Virus record (IMG/VR): IMGVR_UViG_3300025133_000037
Coordinates: 32,001 to 96,000 of that record
Length of the DNA stretch: 64,000 bases
From: a virus
Direction: 5' to 3' (one strand)
This document shows, piece after piece, positions 26,672-37,700 of the stretch (position 1 is the first letter of the stretch; each line of letters starts with the position of its first letter). The translations under genes were made by a program, and so were the position numbers. The notes beneath the pieces were generated by a model. That model was not told where the DNA came from, did not search any database, and saw only the letters and a list, made by a program, of their open reading frames with translations.

Positions 26672-28318
26672 TTATCGTTTATGCTTTAATCTTCCATCTT
26701 CTGGCAATCTCCACCCTGCTGGGGGCTGCCAACTAGACGGATTCTCAGGCTGCTCAGAGACAACCGCATCTGTGTTTATCAATAACAAAGATATGCTTGC
26801 AGCATTTTGCAGAGCAGTTCTCGTTACTTTTTTTGGATCTATAACTCCGGCCTTAACCATATTCTCATACTTATCTGTAGCGGCATTATATCCAAAGTTT
26901 ACATCTTTATTGCCCAAAACTTTGCTTATAACTTCATCTTCATTCTTGTATGCATTTCTAACAATCTGTGATATCGGACGCGCACACGCATCTATGAGGA
27001 CGCGGGCTGCAGGAATAAAAGCCTTGTTTACTTTAGATAGATCTACCATCTCTGCCGCCTTCAGAAGTGCAGAGCCCCCGCCGGGAACATACCCTTCTTC
27101 TATCGCCGCTCGTGTGGCGCATATTGCGTCATCAACTCGGTCCCCCTTCTCTCTAAGCTCAAGCTCAGTCGAATATCCCACTGACACTACCGCCGCTTTA
27201 CTCTGCAGAAATGCTATTCTCTTTTTAACATCTAATCTGGTCGAATCTCCAATTAGTTTTTCCAAATCATTCTTATAAATATGCAACTTTTTCTCCAACC
27301 TTTCTTTATCTGCCTTGCCCTCTAATATCTTAGTCACATATTTGTTAACTACAACTTTTTTTGCAAACCCAAGGTCATCTATAGATGCAGAGGAAAATGG
27401 CATTCCCCTATCTGATGAAAATACTTTAGTGCCTGTTATGATAGATAGTGCGTCAAGCCATTCCTCTTGTAACGCTCCTAACATAGGGAGTTTAACAGCC
27501 ACAGCTTTAAGCCTGCCCAGCTTATTATTGGCCACAAGAGTTGACAGCACCTCTTGCTTTACATTCCTGGCTAATATCAAAACAGGAAGGTTTTTATCTG
27601 ATAATTCATTTAGCAGGCCTAAGCAAGATGATAAATTTGAAATATCTTCATTGCAAATTAATATATTACATCTTTCTATTGTTATATCTGACTGTCCATA
27701 TTCTGTTAAAAATGCAGGAGTTATATACCCAGCCTCTAGCTCCACTCCGTCGACAAATCTAACGGAGTTTTCTAGCCCAGGACAAGCCTCTGCCACTACG
27801 GTCCCCTCTATTCCTACTGCATCAAATGCCTCTGCTATTTTATCACCTATATCGGAATCATTATTTGCGGATATTGTGGCAATATTTTTTAAGTCATCTA
27901 ATCCGCTAATCTCTGTACTCATATTGTTTAAATTGTTAACGACCTCTTTTACCGCCCACTCCAAACCTCGTCTAAAATCTAGTGGACTATAATTATCATT
28001 TATTAATTCACACCCTCTCTTTAGAATTTCATGCGTTAAAACTGTCGCAGTAGTTGTCCCGTCTCCGGCTACCTCTGCGGTTCTTCCTGCGGCCTCCTTA
28101 ATTAATTGGCAAGCCAACTCTTCCACTGGATCTTCCAAAGTAACTTCTCTAGCGACAGTTATTCCGTCCTTTGTAAGAACTGGGGCTCCAACAAATTTGC
28201 CCAAGATTACATTCTTTCCCTGAGGACCCATAGTTACAGCTACAGTTCGCGCCAACTTTTCAGCACCAGAAAGCAACCTTTCTCTAGCTTCTTTTTCATA
28301 AATTAAATCTTTAGCCAT
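26672..28318 (-). CDS. groEL: GroEL-like chaperonin
   Basis: TMGPQGKNV, TKDGITVA, AGDGTTTATV, EEGYVPGGG, GVIDP.KVTR. Confidence 0.97.
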   Translation of the reverse strand: MAKDLIYEKEARERLLSGAEKLARTVAVTMGPQGKNVILGKFVGAPVLTKDGITVAREVTLEDPVEELACQLIKEAAGRTAEVAGDGTTTATVLTHEILKRGCELINDNYSPLDFRRGLEWAVKEVVNNLNNMSTEISGLDDLKNIATISANNDSDIGDKIAEAFDAVGIEGTVVAEACPGLENSVRFVDGVELEAGYITPAFLTEYGQSDITIERCNILICNEDISNLSSCLGLLNELSDKNLPVLILARNVKQEVLSTLVANNKLGRLKAVAVKLPMLGALQEEWLDALSIITGTKVFSSDRGMPFSSASIDDLGFAKKVVVNKYVTKILEGKADKERLEKKLHIYKNDLEKLIGDSTRLDVKKRIAFLQSKAAVVSVGYSTELELREKGDRVDDAICATRAAIEEGYVPGGGSALLKAAEMVDLSKVNKAFIPAARVLIDACARPISQIVRNAYKNEDEVISKVLGNKDVNFGYNAATDKYENMVKAGVIDPKKVTRTALQNAASISLLLINTDAVVSEQPENPSSWQPPAGWRLPEDGRLKHKR

Positions 28319-28853
28319 TTAATCTCTCCTTGTAAATATGAGTTAAGGCAACCGCAATAGAATCAGCTTCATCATAACATTCTTTTGCTATATTACCACT
28401 TCTATTTTCTCTTAAGTTAAACTCAATAAAATATTTTTTTATAAATTCAAATGCATCTTCTTTTGTTGAAATTTTGTATCCAGCAACCTTTCCGAGAGAC
28501 GCCCTTATAGTCTGGACGGCATACCTAATGGGCTCTTCTCCCAGGGCCTTTAGCGAGGCAATTGCCATAAGCTCATTAAATACAGATAATACAATTATTG
28601 TTCTGGCCGTACTTTTGCCCGCAGGAAATTTATTCGCATAAGCCTCTACCGCAACTACACCTGGTTCTTTATCTTTTAAAAAAGAATACACCTCATCATA
28701 CGCCGCACTAGCCCGAAAGGCCAGCGATCCCTTTGAGCTTTTCGGAGGCTTTATATATCCATACTCCTTTAAGACAATCTTTTGATCATCATACTCAAGT
28801 ATAGACCACCCAATCGTGCTCGATGATATATCTAATCCTAATACTGTTTTCAT
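28311..28853 (-). CDS. ruvC: RuvC-like Holliday junction resolvase
   Basis: VLGLDISSSTIGW, VAVE, DEADSIAVA catalytic pattern. Confidence 0.85.
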   Translation of the reverse strand: MKTVLGLDISSSTIGWSILEYDDQKIVLKEYGYIKPPKSSKGSLAFRASAAYDEVYSFLKDKEPGVVAVEAYANKFPAGKSTARTIIVLSVFNELMAIASLKALGEEPIRYAVQTIRASLGKVAGYKISTKEDAFEFIKKYFIEFNLRENRSGNIAKECYDEADSIAVALTHIYKERLNG

Positions 28854-28856
28854 AAT

Positions 28857-28892
28857 AAAAAAGGCACACAGAAATTATACTCTGTGTGCCTT
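28857..28892 (-). terminator. Intrinsic terminator-like hairpin after ssb
   Basis: AAGGCACACAGA-8 nt-TCTGTGTGCCTT, a perfect 12-bp stem; T-run on the minus strand. Confidence 0.8.
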
Positions 28893-28919
28893 AAATATCT
28901 TGACTACAAGATGATTTTT

Positions 28920-29534
28920 TTATTCAAAATCAAAATCAAAATCATCATCAGTCGCCGCCTCTACACCGTCAGAAACAGAGGCTGTAACATCCCAGCTCAT
29001 AACATCGCAAACCACCTCACTAGTAGAGGGAGATATTAACTTCTCTACGTTAACGCGATCATTGAAGTCCACAAACCGAGTCTTAAAGTCACCGGACAGC
29101 ACCTCTTTCGGATTCGGGGTTACGCTATAAAGAGGCTGAGTTCCCTTTGGCCCCTTATTTATAGTTACATCATACGCGGTAACCTTACCCCAGCGACTAT
29201 TGTTATACAATGCCTTAATAGCATTATATATTTGAGGACCGACCTCTAGCAGTCTAAATGTATCGTCTGTACGATCCAGCACCTTAATGAGCCATCGTGG
29301 CTGACGCTTAAACCCAGAGTCCTCTAAGCGGCGAACAAGGTCAGGGTGATCGACCGGGCTGTTAACCTTGCGTCGAGCACCGTCAGGTGTTACGACCCAG
29401 TGAATGTAAAATTGCACCGGATTACCCATTACCCGAACTGTGTTCTCACCCTCTTCAAGCCGCATAAAATCAGACTTCGTAGAGCCAGAATCTGCCGCGT
29501 TCCAATCAACTTCTCCAAATACCATATTTGTCAT
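28920..29534 (-). CDS. Phage single-stranded DNA-binding protein (gp32-like)
   Basis: FMRLEEGENTVRV, GPQIY, YDVTINK..G....YSV and acidic-aromatic tail DDDFDFDFE. Confidence 0.75.
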   Translation of the reverse strand: MTNMVFGEVDWNAADSGSTKSDFMRLEEGENTVRVMGNPVQFYIHWVVTPDGARRKVNSPVDHPDLVRRLEDSGFKRQPRWLIKVLDRTDDTFRLLEVGPQIYNAIKALYNNSRWGKVTAYDVTINKGPKGTQPLYSVTPNPKEVLSGDFKTRFVDFNDRVNVEKLISPSTSEVVCDVMSWDVTASVSDGVEAATDDDFDFDFE

Positions 29535-29616
29535 GTTATTACTCCTATTTTGTGTGACATAGTCACTTGTTTTGGGCTATACCGCAGAATTGCGGATTAT
29601 TGCCATTATTTAGAAT

Positions 29617-30177
29617 TTATCCCCACTCAATATCATCAATATTTCCGCCGAGATCACTCTCGGCTTCTTGCTCAACTCCCGTGGGAAATGGGGTTGATTC
29701 AATCCTTGTATTATACCCAACTGAACTAGCACTTTCAATGCTATAATCTCTATTTAAAAATGTTTTTAACGCATAATGCCAGCCTGAAAAATAAGAAGTT
29801 TTATTTTCAAGCCACTTCTTGCAAGCTTTTGCCAGCACAAGATTATTACACGCATTTATATAGTCCGGATCAGCTTGGGCATGCCACTCCTTATCCTTTA
29901 CGGTCTTAAAGCCTGCCTCCTTAGCTTTAAAGAGAGCGGCTTGCGACCATGCCTTGTTCTTCTCCGACTCTAAGTAGCCAATCCATCTGTCTATCTGAAC
30001 TATCTTTTCTTGACATAAGTTTTGCCCCTCAAGAGTGAACAGAAGACCTTTTTCGGCTATATTTGAATCAACAATTCCGCTAGATGGCAGAAGGTTTACT
30101 ATATTTTCTATAGAAGAAATATCAATGCTTTCCATCGAAAAATTATCTATACAAATCTTTTCATGTAATTTCGACAT
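29617..30177 (-). CDS. Hypothetical helical protein, possibly UvsY-like recombination mediator
   Basis: Start revised to MSKLHEK; KT..DKEW.AQADPDY helical pattern and acidic tail; next to ssb. Confidence 0.45.
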   Translation of the reverse strand: MSKLHEKICIDNFSMESIDISSIENIVNLLPSSGIVDSNIAEKGLLFTLEGQNLCQEKIVQIDRWIGYLESEKNKAWSQAALFKAKEAGFKTVKDKEWHAQADPDYINACNNLVLAKACKKWLENKTSYFSGWHYALKTFLNRDYSIESASSVGYNTRIESTPFPTGVEQEAESDLGGNIDDIEWG

Positions 30178-30517
30178 CAGATTCCCCCAAGACCCTCTGC
30201 TCAAGGAGGGCGAGTCGCTCAAGTATATTATCCACAGAATATTCTGCGACAACTTTTTCTTCAAATTTCATTACTTTATTTATTTTTTCGTCCAAAAGAC
30301 GAACCCTCTGATTCATCATTATATTTAATATAAAATATACAACTCCAACATTAACCGTATTATCAAGGGGCGGAGTAACAGACTTTATTATTCCATTTTT
30401 ATCCGTAGAGAAAAGGCCTATAAATCCAGACTCACCAAACTTGTCTCTCAAAGAGCAGTAGTAAGAATACTCGCTATCACTTAAGTCTAATCGTTTATTT
30501 GCAACGGCCCTAATCAC
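30161..30517 (-). CDS. Hypothetical protein
   Basis: 118 aa; overlaps neighbours. Confidence 0.7.
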   Translation of the reverse strand: MIRAVANKRLDLSDSEYSYYCSLRDKFGESGFIGLFSTDKNGIIKSVTPPLDNTVNVGVVYFILNIMMNQRVRLLDEKINKVMKFEEKVVAEYSVDNILERLALLEQRVLGESDVEIT

Positions 30518-30971
30518 GAGAAAGCCTCCTCACTGCAGGTCCAGTATTTTTTACCGACTTTTCTTTGGCAAGACGCTTAAGTCTAGCAACTTTTAGATCT
30601 AAATCAAGCGCCTCGGGATCGTCGTCCAAGTCGGATAGCGCCTCCGACCTAACTTCGCTCCTAATATCTTCATAAGAAACCTCTTTGAAATCCTCACCAT
30701 TCTCCGCCGGGTCGGCCGGGTCACCCTCTTTCTCCTCATCATTAGACACGGGGAAAAATTCTGTTAGCATAAATAATGCTACATCAAAAATTTTATCATC
30801 ATCTAATCCATGAGAAAATTCTTGCTCTAAAACCCTCTGTTTAAATAGGTCAAGCCTTCTGGCGTAAACATCTCCCAATAAAGCCGAGCCACATGATGGG
30901 CAGCAATTCTTTACTAAGGAATGCCTCATACCTGCATCAACAACAAATGAACACTTTCTACAATTAATCAT
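30510..30971 (-). CDS. Hypothetical protein with N-terminal Zn ribbon
   Basis: CRKC...CPSCG; ATGA overlap with dnaE. Confidence 0.75.
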   Translation of the reverse strand: MINCRKCSFVVDAGMRHSLVKNCCPSCGSALLGDVYARRLDLFKQRVLEQEFSHGLDDDKIFDVALFMLTEFFPVSNDEEKEGDPADPAENGEDFKEVSYEDIRSEVRSEALSDLDDDPEALDLDLKVARLKRLAKEKSVKNTGPAVRRLSRD

Positions 30972-33900
30972 ACTTCTCTCCCATAAACTCTCTCTAGATT
31001 AGATAATGCTAAATCTTTTTGATCAAGATAATTATTTACTCTGCAAATAGCCTTAATTGGCAATCCATCCTTTAGGATGGCCCTGTACCTTTCGTAATCA
31101 TCTGCCCACAAAGTGAGGCCGCATGTATCTCCGTTTATATCTTCTATCAAATATTTCGCAAATTTCTTCCCTACATTTTTGCCATTTTTGATTTTAAACT
31201 CTTTAATTTTCGTTTTTATTATAGCCTCAACCTTGACTCTGGCACCATCATTTTGAGCCTGAACGTTAGAAAGAGGGGTTATTAATGGGCCGCCACTAAA
31301 AAAACTTCTAAATATTTCATGCAAACTGCCGCTTAATGACCTGCCCATAACCTCTCTTTCGTAAAGCAAAATTTCTTTTCGATCCCACTCTTCTTCGGAA
31401 TTAGAGAAGTCTATTTCGGAAACAATATCTTTAAACCGAACCGAACCTTGGGCAATAGAATATTGCAACAACAATGCTGTCCTTTCTTCTTTTGGAATCT
31501 TTTTCCAACCAGTATTTGCCGCCAGGATATCAGATTCAACCTCCTTTTTAACAGCATTTTTAGCTTTAGATCTATACTTCTGATAGTTATCATGCATATC
31601 CATTCTAGTTCTGCCCAGACAATCTAAGGCCCCCGCTTTAGATAAAGACTGAATAGCTGTTTTGCCAACAGTTCTACTGTCATTCCTTGCCAAGAAGTCT
31701 GGGAACCCGTTGTATGGCTGATTTCTTATTATACTCTCTACCGCCTTTTCTCCAACACCCTTGATGGCAGACAAGCCGGTTGCAACAGACCCGTCGTCCA
31801 AGACCCGATACTCCCCAACACTATTGTTGACATTTGGGTTCTCTATATCTATAAGCATCTTTTTGCATTCATCAAGATATTCTTGAACCTTATCACTATT
31901 GGGGTCTTCTGAGTTTATTAATGCGCACATAAATTCAGAGGGATAATGACACTTTAACCATGCTGTATAAAAAGATATTATCGAATAAGATATAGAATGG
32001 GACTTGTTAAACGCATAGCCGCCTAGAGGCTCAATATAAGTCTTCCAAATTTTACATGCAACCTCATATGTCATAGCGCTATGTGACATGCAATCTTTAA
32101 CAAAATTAGTTTCAGTTCTCAGGACAAGCCTTGGGTCCTTGCCTTTTAGCTTGCTTATCTTTCTTAAGGCGTCTGCTTGATTTAAGTTCCACCCTGCACA
32201 ATCCTGCGCAATAATCATAGCCTGCTCCTCATAGACTAATACACCATATGTCTTCTCCAAAGCCCTCTTTAGGTTGGGGTGCTCATATGTGGTGCCTTCA
32301 AACCCAAGCCTTCTTTTCGCATATCTTTTTCTTTCGGCAGGCTTACATGAGGGCCTTCCTATCGCGTTAATAGCGGATATATCCTCTATGCTTTTCGGCT
32401 TAAGCCTTATACAAAATGGTGTCAAAGAGGACTCTAGCTGAAATAATCCAATGGTCTTACCCTTCCCTATCATGGTATAGGTGTTTTCATCTTTCATGTC
32501 TATATCTTCTACAGTAAGCGTTTTGCCCGTAGTTTCTTCAATTAATTTAAACGCATTATCTATAACCGTAAGGGTCTTAAGCCCCAGAAGATCCATTTTT
32601 ATAAGCCCATTCTCTTCGCACCTAGTCTTTTCCCACTGAGTTATAATGATTCCTTCTTTATCAATTCTCAAAGGAATAGTCTCATATAATGAATTTTCAC
32701 CAATAACTATACCGGCAGCATGCATAGACCAATTTCGTGTAAGATTTTGTAACTTAGACGCGTACTCATGCAGGTCTGGATATTCATTCATATAAGCAGA
32801 TAGTTGCGCACTCTCCCGCATTGCTTCGTCAAGAGTACTCGCGTCAGGCATAATTGCCGTAATATTATTGGCAATTTTAAACGCAGAAGACTTATCGCCG
32901 CCAAGGCGAAGGCTTCTTGCTACATCTTTTATGACTACACGCGGAGATAAAGTGCTCCAATTGGATATTGACGCCACACGATCTCTGCCATATTTATCTT
33001 TGATATATTCTTTAACTAACCCTGGATTTGAAAAATCAGAATCAATATCTGGGAAAGATTTCTTTTGATTATTATGGAACCTCTCAAAGATAAGGTCGTA
33101 TTCAATTGGATCGACATTTGTTATGCCTGTCAAATACGCAACAAGCGATCCAGCCGCCGAGCCTCGTGCGGGGCCGACTGGCATCCTTTCTTTTGCCCAA
33201 TTAACATAATCTGCAACAATAAGCATATACGAAGAAAAGTTTTTGTCCTCAAGAACAGATAGCTCAGTCTTTACCCTCTCCCAATATTCATCCCTATCTT
33301 CTCTATCTAAGTGAGAAAGCTTATTCTTAAAGCCCTCTATGCACTTGTATCTGAGATAGGCCTTATCATCCGGCACTCTTGTCTCCGCCTTTTCCTTCCA
33401 TTCTAAAAAGACTTTATAATCAGGCTCTTCTTTTACAGAAAACGAAGGAAGCTTAGCGCCGGTTGGCCTAATATAGTGAGGCTCTTCACATGCGTTCATT
33501 ATATCAATTGAATTTTTCATCCCAATGGTTGCAACCTTATCCCCAAAGAAATCCAGGATTTCTTCATGAGTCTTTAGGTACATATCCTGAACTCCATAAC
33601 GAAATCTGTCTGGATCATCAACGGCTTTTTTATCCTTTATTGCCAACATAAAGTCATGATATTTCGCATGCTCCTTATCCCTATAATGGGCATCGCAAGT
33701 TATTACATAAGGAATATCCATCTCCTTAGACAGCCTCAGAAGGCTTGAATTAAGTTTTTCTTGATTTACTTCTTTGCCATTCTTTCCCACCGCAAGTAAT
33801 GCGTGCGGTTGCAACTCTAAAAAGAATCTATCTTTAAATATAGATGAAAATCTTTTGATATAGCAAACAGCAAGCTCTTCATCCTGCTCTGTCACCAGGG

Positions 33901-34339
33901 TCTTTGCAACGAGCCCATTGCAACAGGCCGTAAGGGCGATTACTCCCTCGTTGTAATTTTCAAGATGATTCCAAGAAATTCTTGGAGTCATTTTTCCCAT
34001 ATACCCAGACACCTGGTTTTGATAGGCTAAATAATTTAACCTTAATATATTCTTATATCCAACTTCATTTTGAGCCAATAAAACTAGGTGATAATTCTTT
34101 CTAACCTCTAAATCATCAGCGAAATAAGCCTCTATTCCTGGGATTAATTTTACCCCAGTCTCCTGACTGGCTTGATACGCATCATATAGAGCCGTCAGTG
34201 TTCCATGATCAGTAACCGCCACTGCCGGGTGATCAATCTCTTTAGCTCGTTTAAATAAATCAAGGGTGTCATTCATGCCGTCCAAAGGGCTTCCTAATTC
34301 GGTATGATTATGCAATGATATAAATGGTCCAGACGACAT
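30968..34339 (-). CDS. dnaE: DNA polymerase III alpha subunit (family C)
   Basis: PHP domain (LHNHT..S.LDG, TDHG, DAHY), GPARGSAAGSLVAY, PDIDSD, KMDLLGL, YAFNKSHS, C-terminal OB fold; start revised to ATG 34339. Confidence 0.97.
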   Translation of the reverse strand: MSSGPFISLHNHTELGSPLDGMNDTLDLFKRAKEIDHPAVAVTDHGTLTALYDAYQASQETGVKLIPGIEAYFADDLEVRKNYHLVLLAQNEVGYKNILRLNYLAYQNQVSGYMGKMTPRISWNHLENYNEGVIALTACCNGLVAKTLVTEQDEELAVCYIKRFSSIFKDRFFLELQPHALLAVGKNGKEVNQEKLNSSLLRLSKEMDIPYVITCDAHYRDKEHAKYHDFMLAIKDKKAVDDPDRFRYGVQDMYLKTHEEILDFFGDKVATIGMKNSIDIMNACEEPHYIRPTGAKLPSFSVKEEPDYKVFLEWKEKAETRVPDDKAYLRYKCIEGFKNKLSHLDREDRDEYWERVKTELSVLEDKNFSSYMLIVADYVNWAKERMPVGPARGSAAGSLVAYLTGITNVDPIEYDLIFERFHNNQKKSFPDIDSDFSNPGLVKEYIKDKYGRDRVASISNWSTLSPRVVIKDVARSLRLGGDKSSAFKIANNITAIMPDASTLDEAMRESAQLSAYMNEYPDLHEYASKLQNLTRNWSMHAAGIVIGENSLYETIPLRIDKEGIIITQWEKTRCEENGLIKMDLLGLKTLTVIDNAFKLIEETTGKTLTVEDIDMKDENTYTMIGKGKTIGLFQLESSLTPFCIRLKPKSIEDISAINAIGRPSCKPAERKRYAKRRLGFEGTTYEHPNLKRALEKTYGVLVYEEQAMIIAQDCAGWNLNQADALRKISKLKGKDPRLVLRTETNFVKDCMSHSAMTYEVACKIWKTYIEPLGGYAFNKSHSISYSIISFYTAWLKCHYPSEFMCALINSEDPNSDKVQEYLDECKKMLIDIENPNVNNSVGEYRVLDDGSVATGLSAIKGVGEKAVESIIRNQPYNGFPDFLARNDSRTVGKTAIQSLSKAGALDCLGRTRMDMHDNYQKYRSKAKNAVKKEVESDILAANTGWKKIPKEERTALLLQYSIAQGSVRFKDIVSEIDFSNSEEEWDRKEILLYEREVMGRSLSGSLHEIFRSFFSGGPLITPLSNVQAQNDGARVKVEAIIKTKIKEFKIKNGKNVGKKFAKYLIEDINGDTCGLTLWADDYERYRAILKDGLPIKAICRVNNYLDQKDLALSNLERVYGREV

Positions 34340-34357
34340 GTGTACCTCAGTATGTTT

Positions 34358-34378
34358 CAAAAGGGGCCCGAGGCCCCC
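34358..34378 (-). terminator. Intrinsic terminator-like hairpin upstream of dnaE
   Basis: Minus strand GGGGCC-TCG-GGCCCC-TTTT. Confidence 0.65.
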
Positions 34379-34423
34379 TCAAGAATAATTTAATCACAAA
34401 GTTACTATCAGCAACAATAGTTT

Positions 34424-34708
34424 TTATTCAGATATCATCGGGGATATATTCTCATATATCTCGTTTACAATATCCATATCTAATTCCTTTTTTGCTGCGC
34501 CCAAAGCTTGAGCTAACTCTTTTTTAGGAAGACTTTTTTGGTCAAGAAAATCGGCAGACCACTCCCGCCTAGAGGCTTGCAGATCTTTTATCTGCAACTC
34601 ATATACCAGATATTGCTTGACATACTCTTTTACATCATCCATAGACCATGTAGTGTTTTGGTCATCACTTCCCTCGGCTTCATTAAAAATTCTTACTACT
34701 CCAGACAT
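34424..34708 (-). CDS. Small helical protein, possibly GapR/T4 DsbA-like DNA binder
   Basis: Start revised to MSGVV (AGGAG RBS); VKEYVKQY...QIKDLQ..R helical pattern; weak resemblance only. Confidence 0.45.
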   Translation of the reverse strand: MSGVVRIFNEAEGSDDQNTTWSMDDVKEYVKQYLVYELQIKDLQASRREWSADFLDQKSLPKKELAQALGAAKKELDMDIVNEIYENISPMISE

Positions 34709-34722
34709 ATCGACTCCTTCTT

Positions 34723-37700
34723 CTATTTTGTTATTAGGTTCCACAGAGCATAAAGCTTTGCGTCCATAATTATACCCCCACGATACAAATCTGTCTTTAA
34801 TTTCTTAGAATATTTTATATGCCCGATCATCTGCACGCCACCCTTTTTATACGCGCCGAATCTATCCTTAATATCGACAAGATCCTCTTCCATTCTGGAT
34901 CTAAGATATTCCCCTATAGCTCCAGCATATAAGTATGCCCCGATTACGCCGCCGGTCTTTTTAGCCTTAACTCCGCCCCCGGGATAAAATCGTGATGTAC
35001 TTGGAAAGCCTCGCATTATCTTGGTTGTGTAATCATACATATCATCCGTCGTCATCACGCCATCTTCTGCGGGGTCCTGAACAAGTGCAATCCTATCTTT
35101 ATCCTTTGGTCGCGGAAAGATTATATTCATAACATTAATATAACAATCAGACTCTTCCTCGGCAGCATCTTTTTGCCCTATAAAATAAAATTGTCCAGGC
35201 GAATATGCCCAATCTCTAAAGTGTTTAATCATATTTACTGTAGCATTGTTATTAAAGCCTACTACATATCCAAACTCATCTATATTTTCTAGCTTTAATC
35301 CAAAATATTTAAGAGCTTCTTTCTCAGAAACTTTCCCAGTTCTAATAAGCCTATTGTATGGGTCTAGCATATCTGTTACATGAATATTTCTAATATTCAT
35401 TCCGGGCTGGTCACCGGCCGCATCTAGAATCTTTATAAGCTGTGCGGCCAGAGTATTTAGCCCATGAGCATTAATGACAAACTGTTCTATTGCATCTCTT
35501 TTTTCATTTACTTGCTCAAGATTTTCCTCAGGGGACCATAGCTGATGGCCGCCCCACTCTGGAGAAAAACACTCTCTTGTTAAAAATCTATGCATAAGTA
35601 CAAAGTCAACAAAGGGAATGTAATAAGAATTTCTTACGGAATATCTCGACGCTCTTGACGGGGCCTTCCCTCCTGTTTCTAACATAATTTTCCGCTCAGC
35701 ATTAGTATGAGAGGTCTTTGTTCCACATCCGGTCTTTACTACATTATATGGCATACCCCTATACTGATCGAAGAGTGCTCTTATTATCTTTCTATACCTT
35801 AATCTTACCTTCTCTTTTTCAGATTCAATCAGGCCGCCGCCCCAAGGCTTAACGTGTTGATTTACCTCTGGATCTCCCACATCCGGCCTGCCTATATTAA
35901 CAATCTTTTGCTCTCGCAACTCAGCCTCATAAGCCACATAGACTCGCTCAATCTCCCTTAGGATCTCAAAGGCCTCATCCTTCGGGCTGCGCTGCAAAAG
36001 GTCTGACATTTCTATATCAATCATTGGGCCGGGGCTGCTTCCCAGCAATGAAACCGGGATTCTGGCCGAAGCAATAGGTATATCAGTAGCATTTTTAGTT
36101 ACATCTTCGCCACGATAATCTAACGGAATTGGCACCCCAACCGAGTTGACGCCAAACCCCATCTGCGTTGGAGGAAAAGATAAGTCGGCCCCGCTCCTTG
36201 TAGACATCGAGCCAACATAAAACCCTCTTGTTGTATCAAACCCAAGCTCTTCATTCACGTATCCAATAACTACTCCATCTGATTCGACAGATTTTGTTGC
36301 CGGATGATTTATCAGGCTTATGCCTTCTTTTATTCCCTTATTTTTAACCAACTTTACACTCTTTCTGGAAGACGCCTCAAAAATAAACCTCTTATCTCTT
36401 CTGTCTACACTTAGGACCATCCATCCAGATTCAGAATAAGAGTCTGGCAATACAACGTCTTCAAGCTCTATTGAGCCTGGAATATTTGACTTACAGAGTA
36501 CATATACGAAGTTGTTGGATGGAGGCTCTGGAACATTAATATCAAATTGATGATAAATAGCTCCACGTTCAGTTAAAACATAAATTGGAAAATAATCTTC
36601 TGGCCCATTAAAATCGGCAATAACTGCTGCAAACGGCGGAATTAACTCAAAAGATACATCCTCATCGGATGTCTGATAATTAAACCTCTTGCCCCGCTCT
36701 CCTCGACCTTTAGAGCCAGATGTACGCTGGCGCACTCCCTGGTGAAATCTTGCATATTTTCCATCATGACTCATGCCAATTGAGGTAAACGGAATGTTAG
36801 TAAGAACATTGTCTATAATGGCGCGAGCTTTCGATGAACTTTCAGTTGCCTCTCCGGCCTCCTCTTCTGCATCAACAACTTCTGTTAAAGAAGATCTAAT
36901 ATAATCGACGGCTTTTAACTGATACGGCCTGGACGTGCATGCTGCCATAACATGAGCAGCTTGGGCTCGCAGTGCCATAAGACATTTGTTTATATTATCG
37001 TAATGCCTCTGGTACCATGCTGATTCAAAATCAACTTCCTGCGATTCATCCTTTATCTTATACCTTTCCTTTTGACGCCTTTCTGAATCTATTTTTTTAG
37101 CTATATCGCTAGAAACGCCAACAACAACGGCCTGTATATCGCTGTCGCTTAGCGCGATGATCTTATCCGGACTTGACAAGTCGACCCCTATATCGTATCC
37201 GACATAGGCCATGGCCCTGGGATCTTTCATATACATGTTATATATTCTGGAAATCACGTCTGCCAAATAAAATGCACTGGCAGCATGAATAACTCTTCCC
37301 ATATATTCTTGCCCACGCATCTTAACTACCTTGTCCGTCGTTGCTCCTGGATCTACAATTTTTTTAGATTCGGACCCGCCTAACGAAATAGTCAAAGCAT
37401 TTGTTATTCTTGTTAAAACATCAGAAACAGAAGCATCCTCCATCATTATCCCGCGAATACTTTGAACATCCAAAGAGGACCCGCCTGTACCTCTGCTGAA
37501 CAAAGTCCTCCTATATCTCTCAACCGCTTCGGCTCCATGCCTATTTCTTGCCGCAATAAGAACGGCCTTTGACATCTCAACAATTAACTCTTTATGAAAA
37601 GCCCGCCCCAGATATGCCAAAAACCTATGATCAACATCATATAGAGCCTCCAGAAGTCCGCCTCTGACTATTGCAAATGCGTCATCAACTATATCCTCTT

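Noticed and set aside
26562-27992. Long plus-strand ORFs (238 and 225 aa) opposite groEL, and the many other plus-strand ORFs
   Set aside because: They are antisense shadows of well-supported minus-strand genes, with Ser/Phe/Ile-rich translations and no recognisable motifs
30968-34339. Inteins or introns in dnaE (also checked recA and terL)
   Set aside because: Lengths are near normal and no intein C/S...HN or LAGLIDADG motifs were seen; only a short ~50-aa helical insert occurs near the DnaE C-terminus
36601-36640. IADFNGPED in the 2205-aa protein resembling the RNA polymerase NADFDGD motif
   Set aside because: Two of the three catalytic Asp residues are missing and no other double-psi-barrel motifs were recognised
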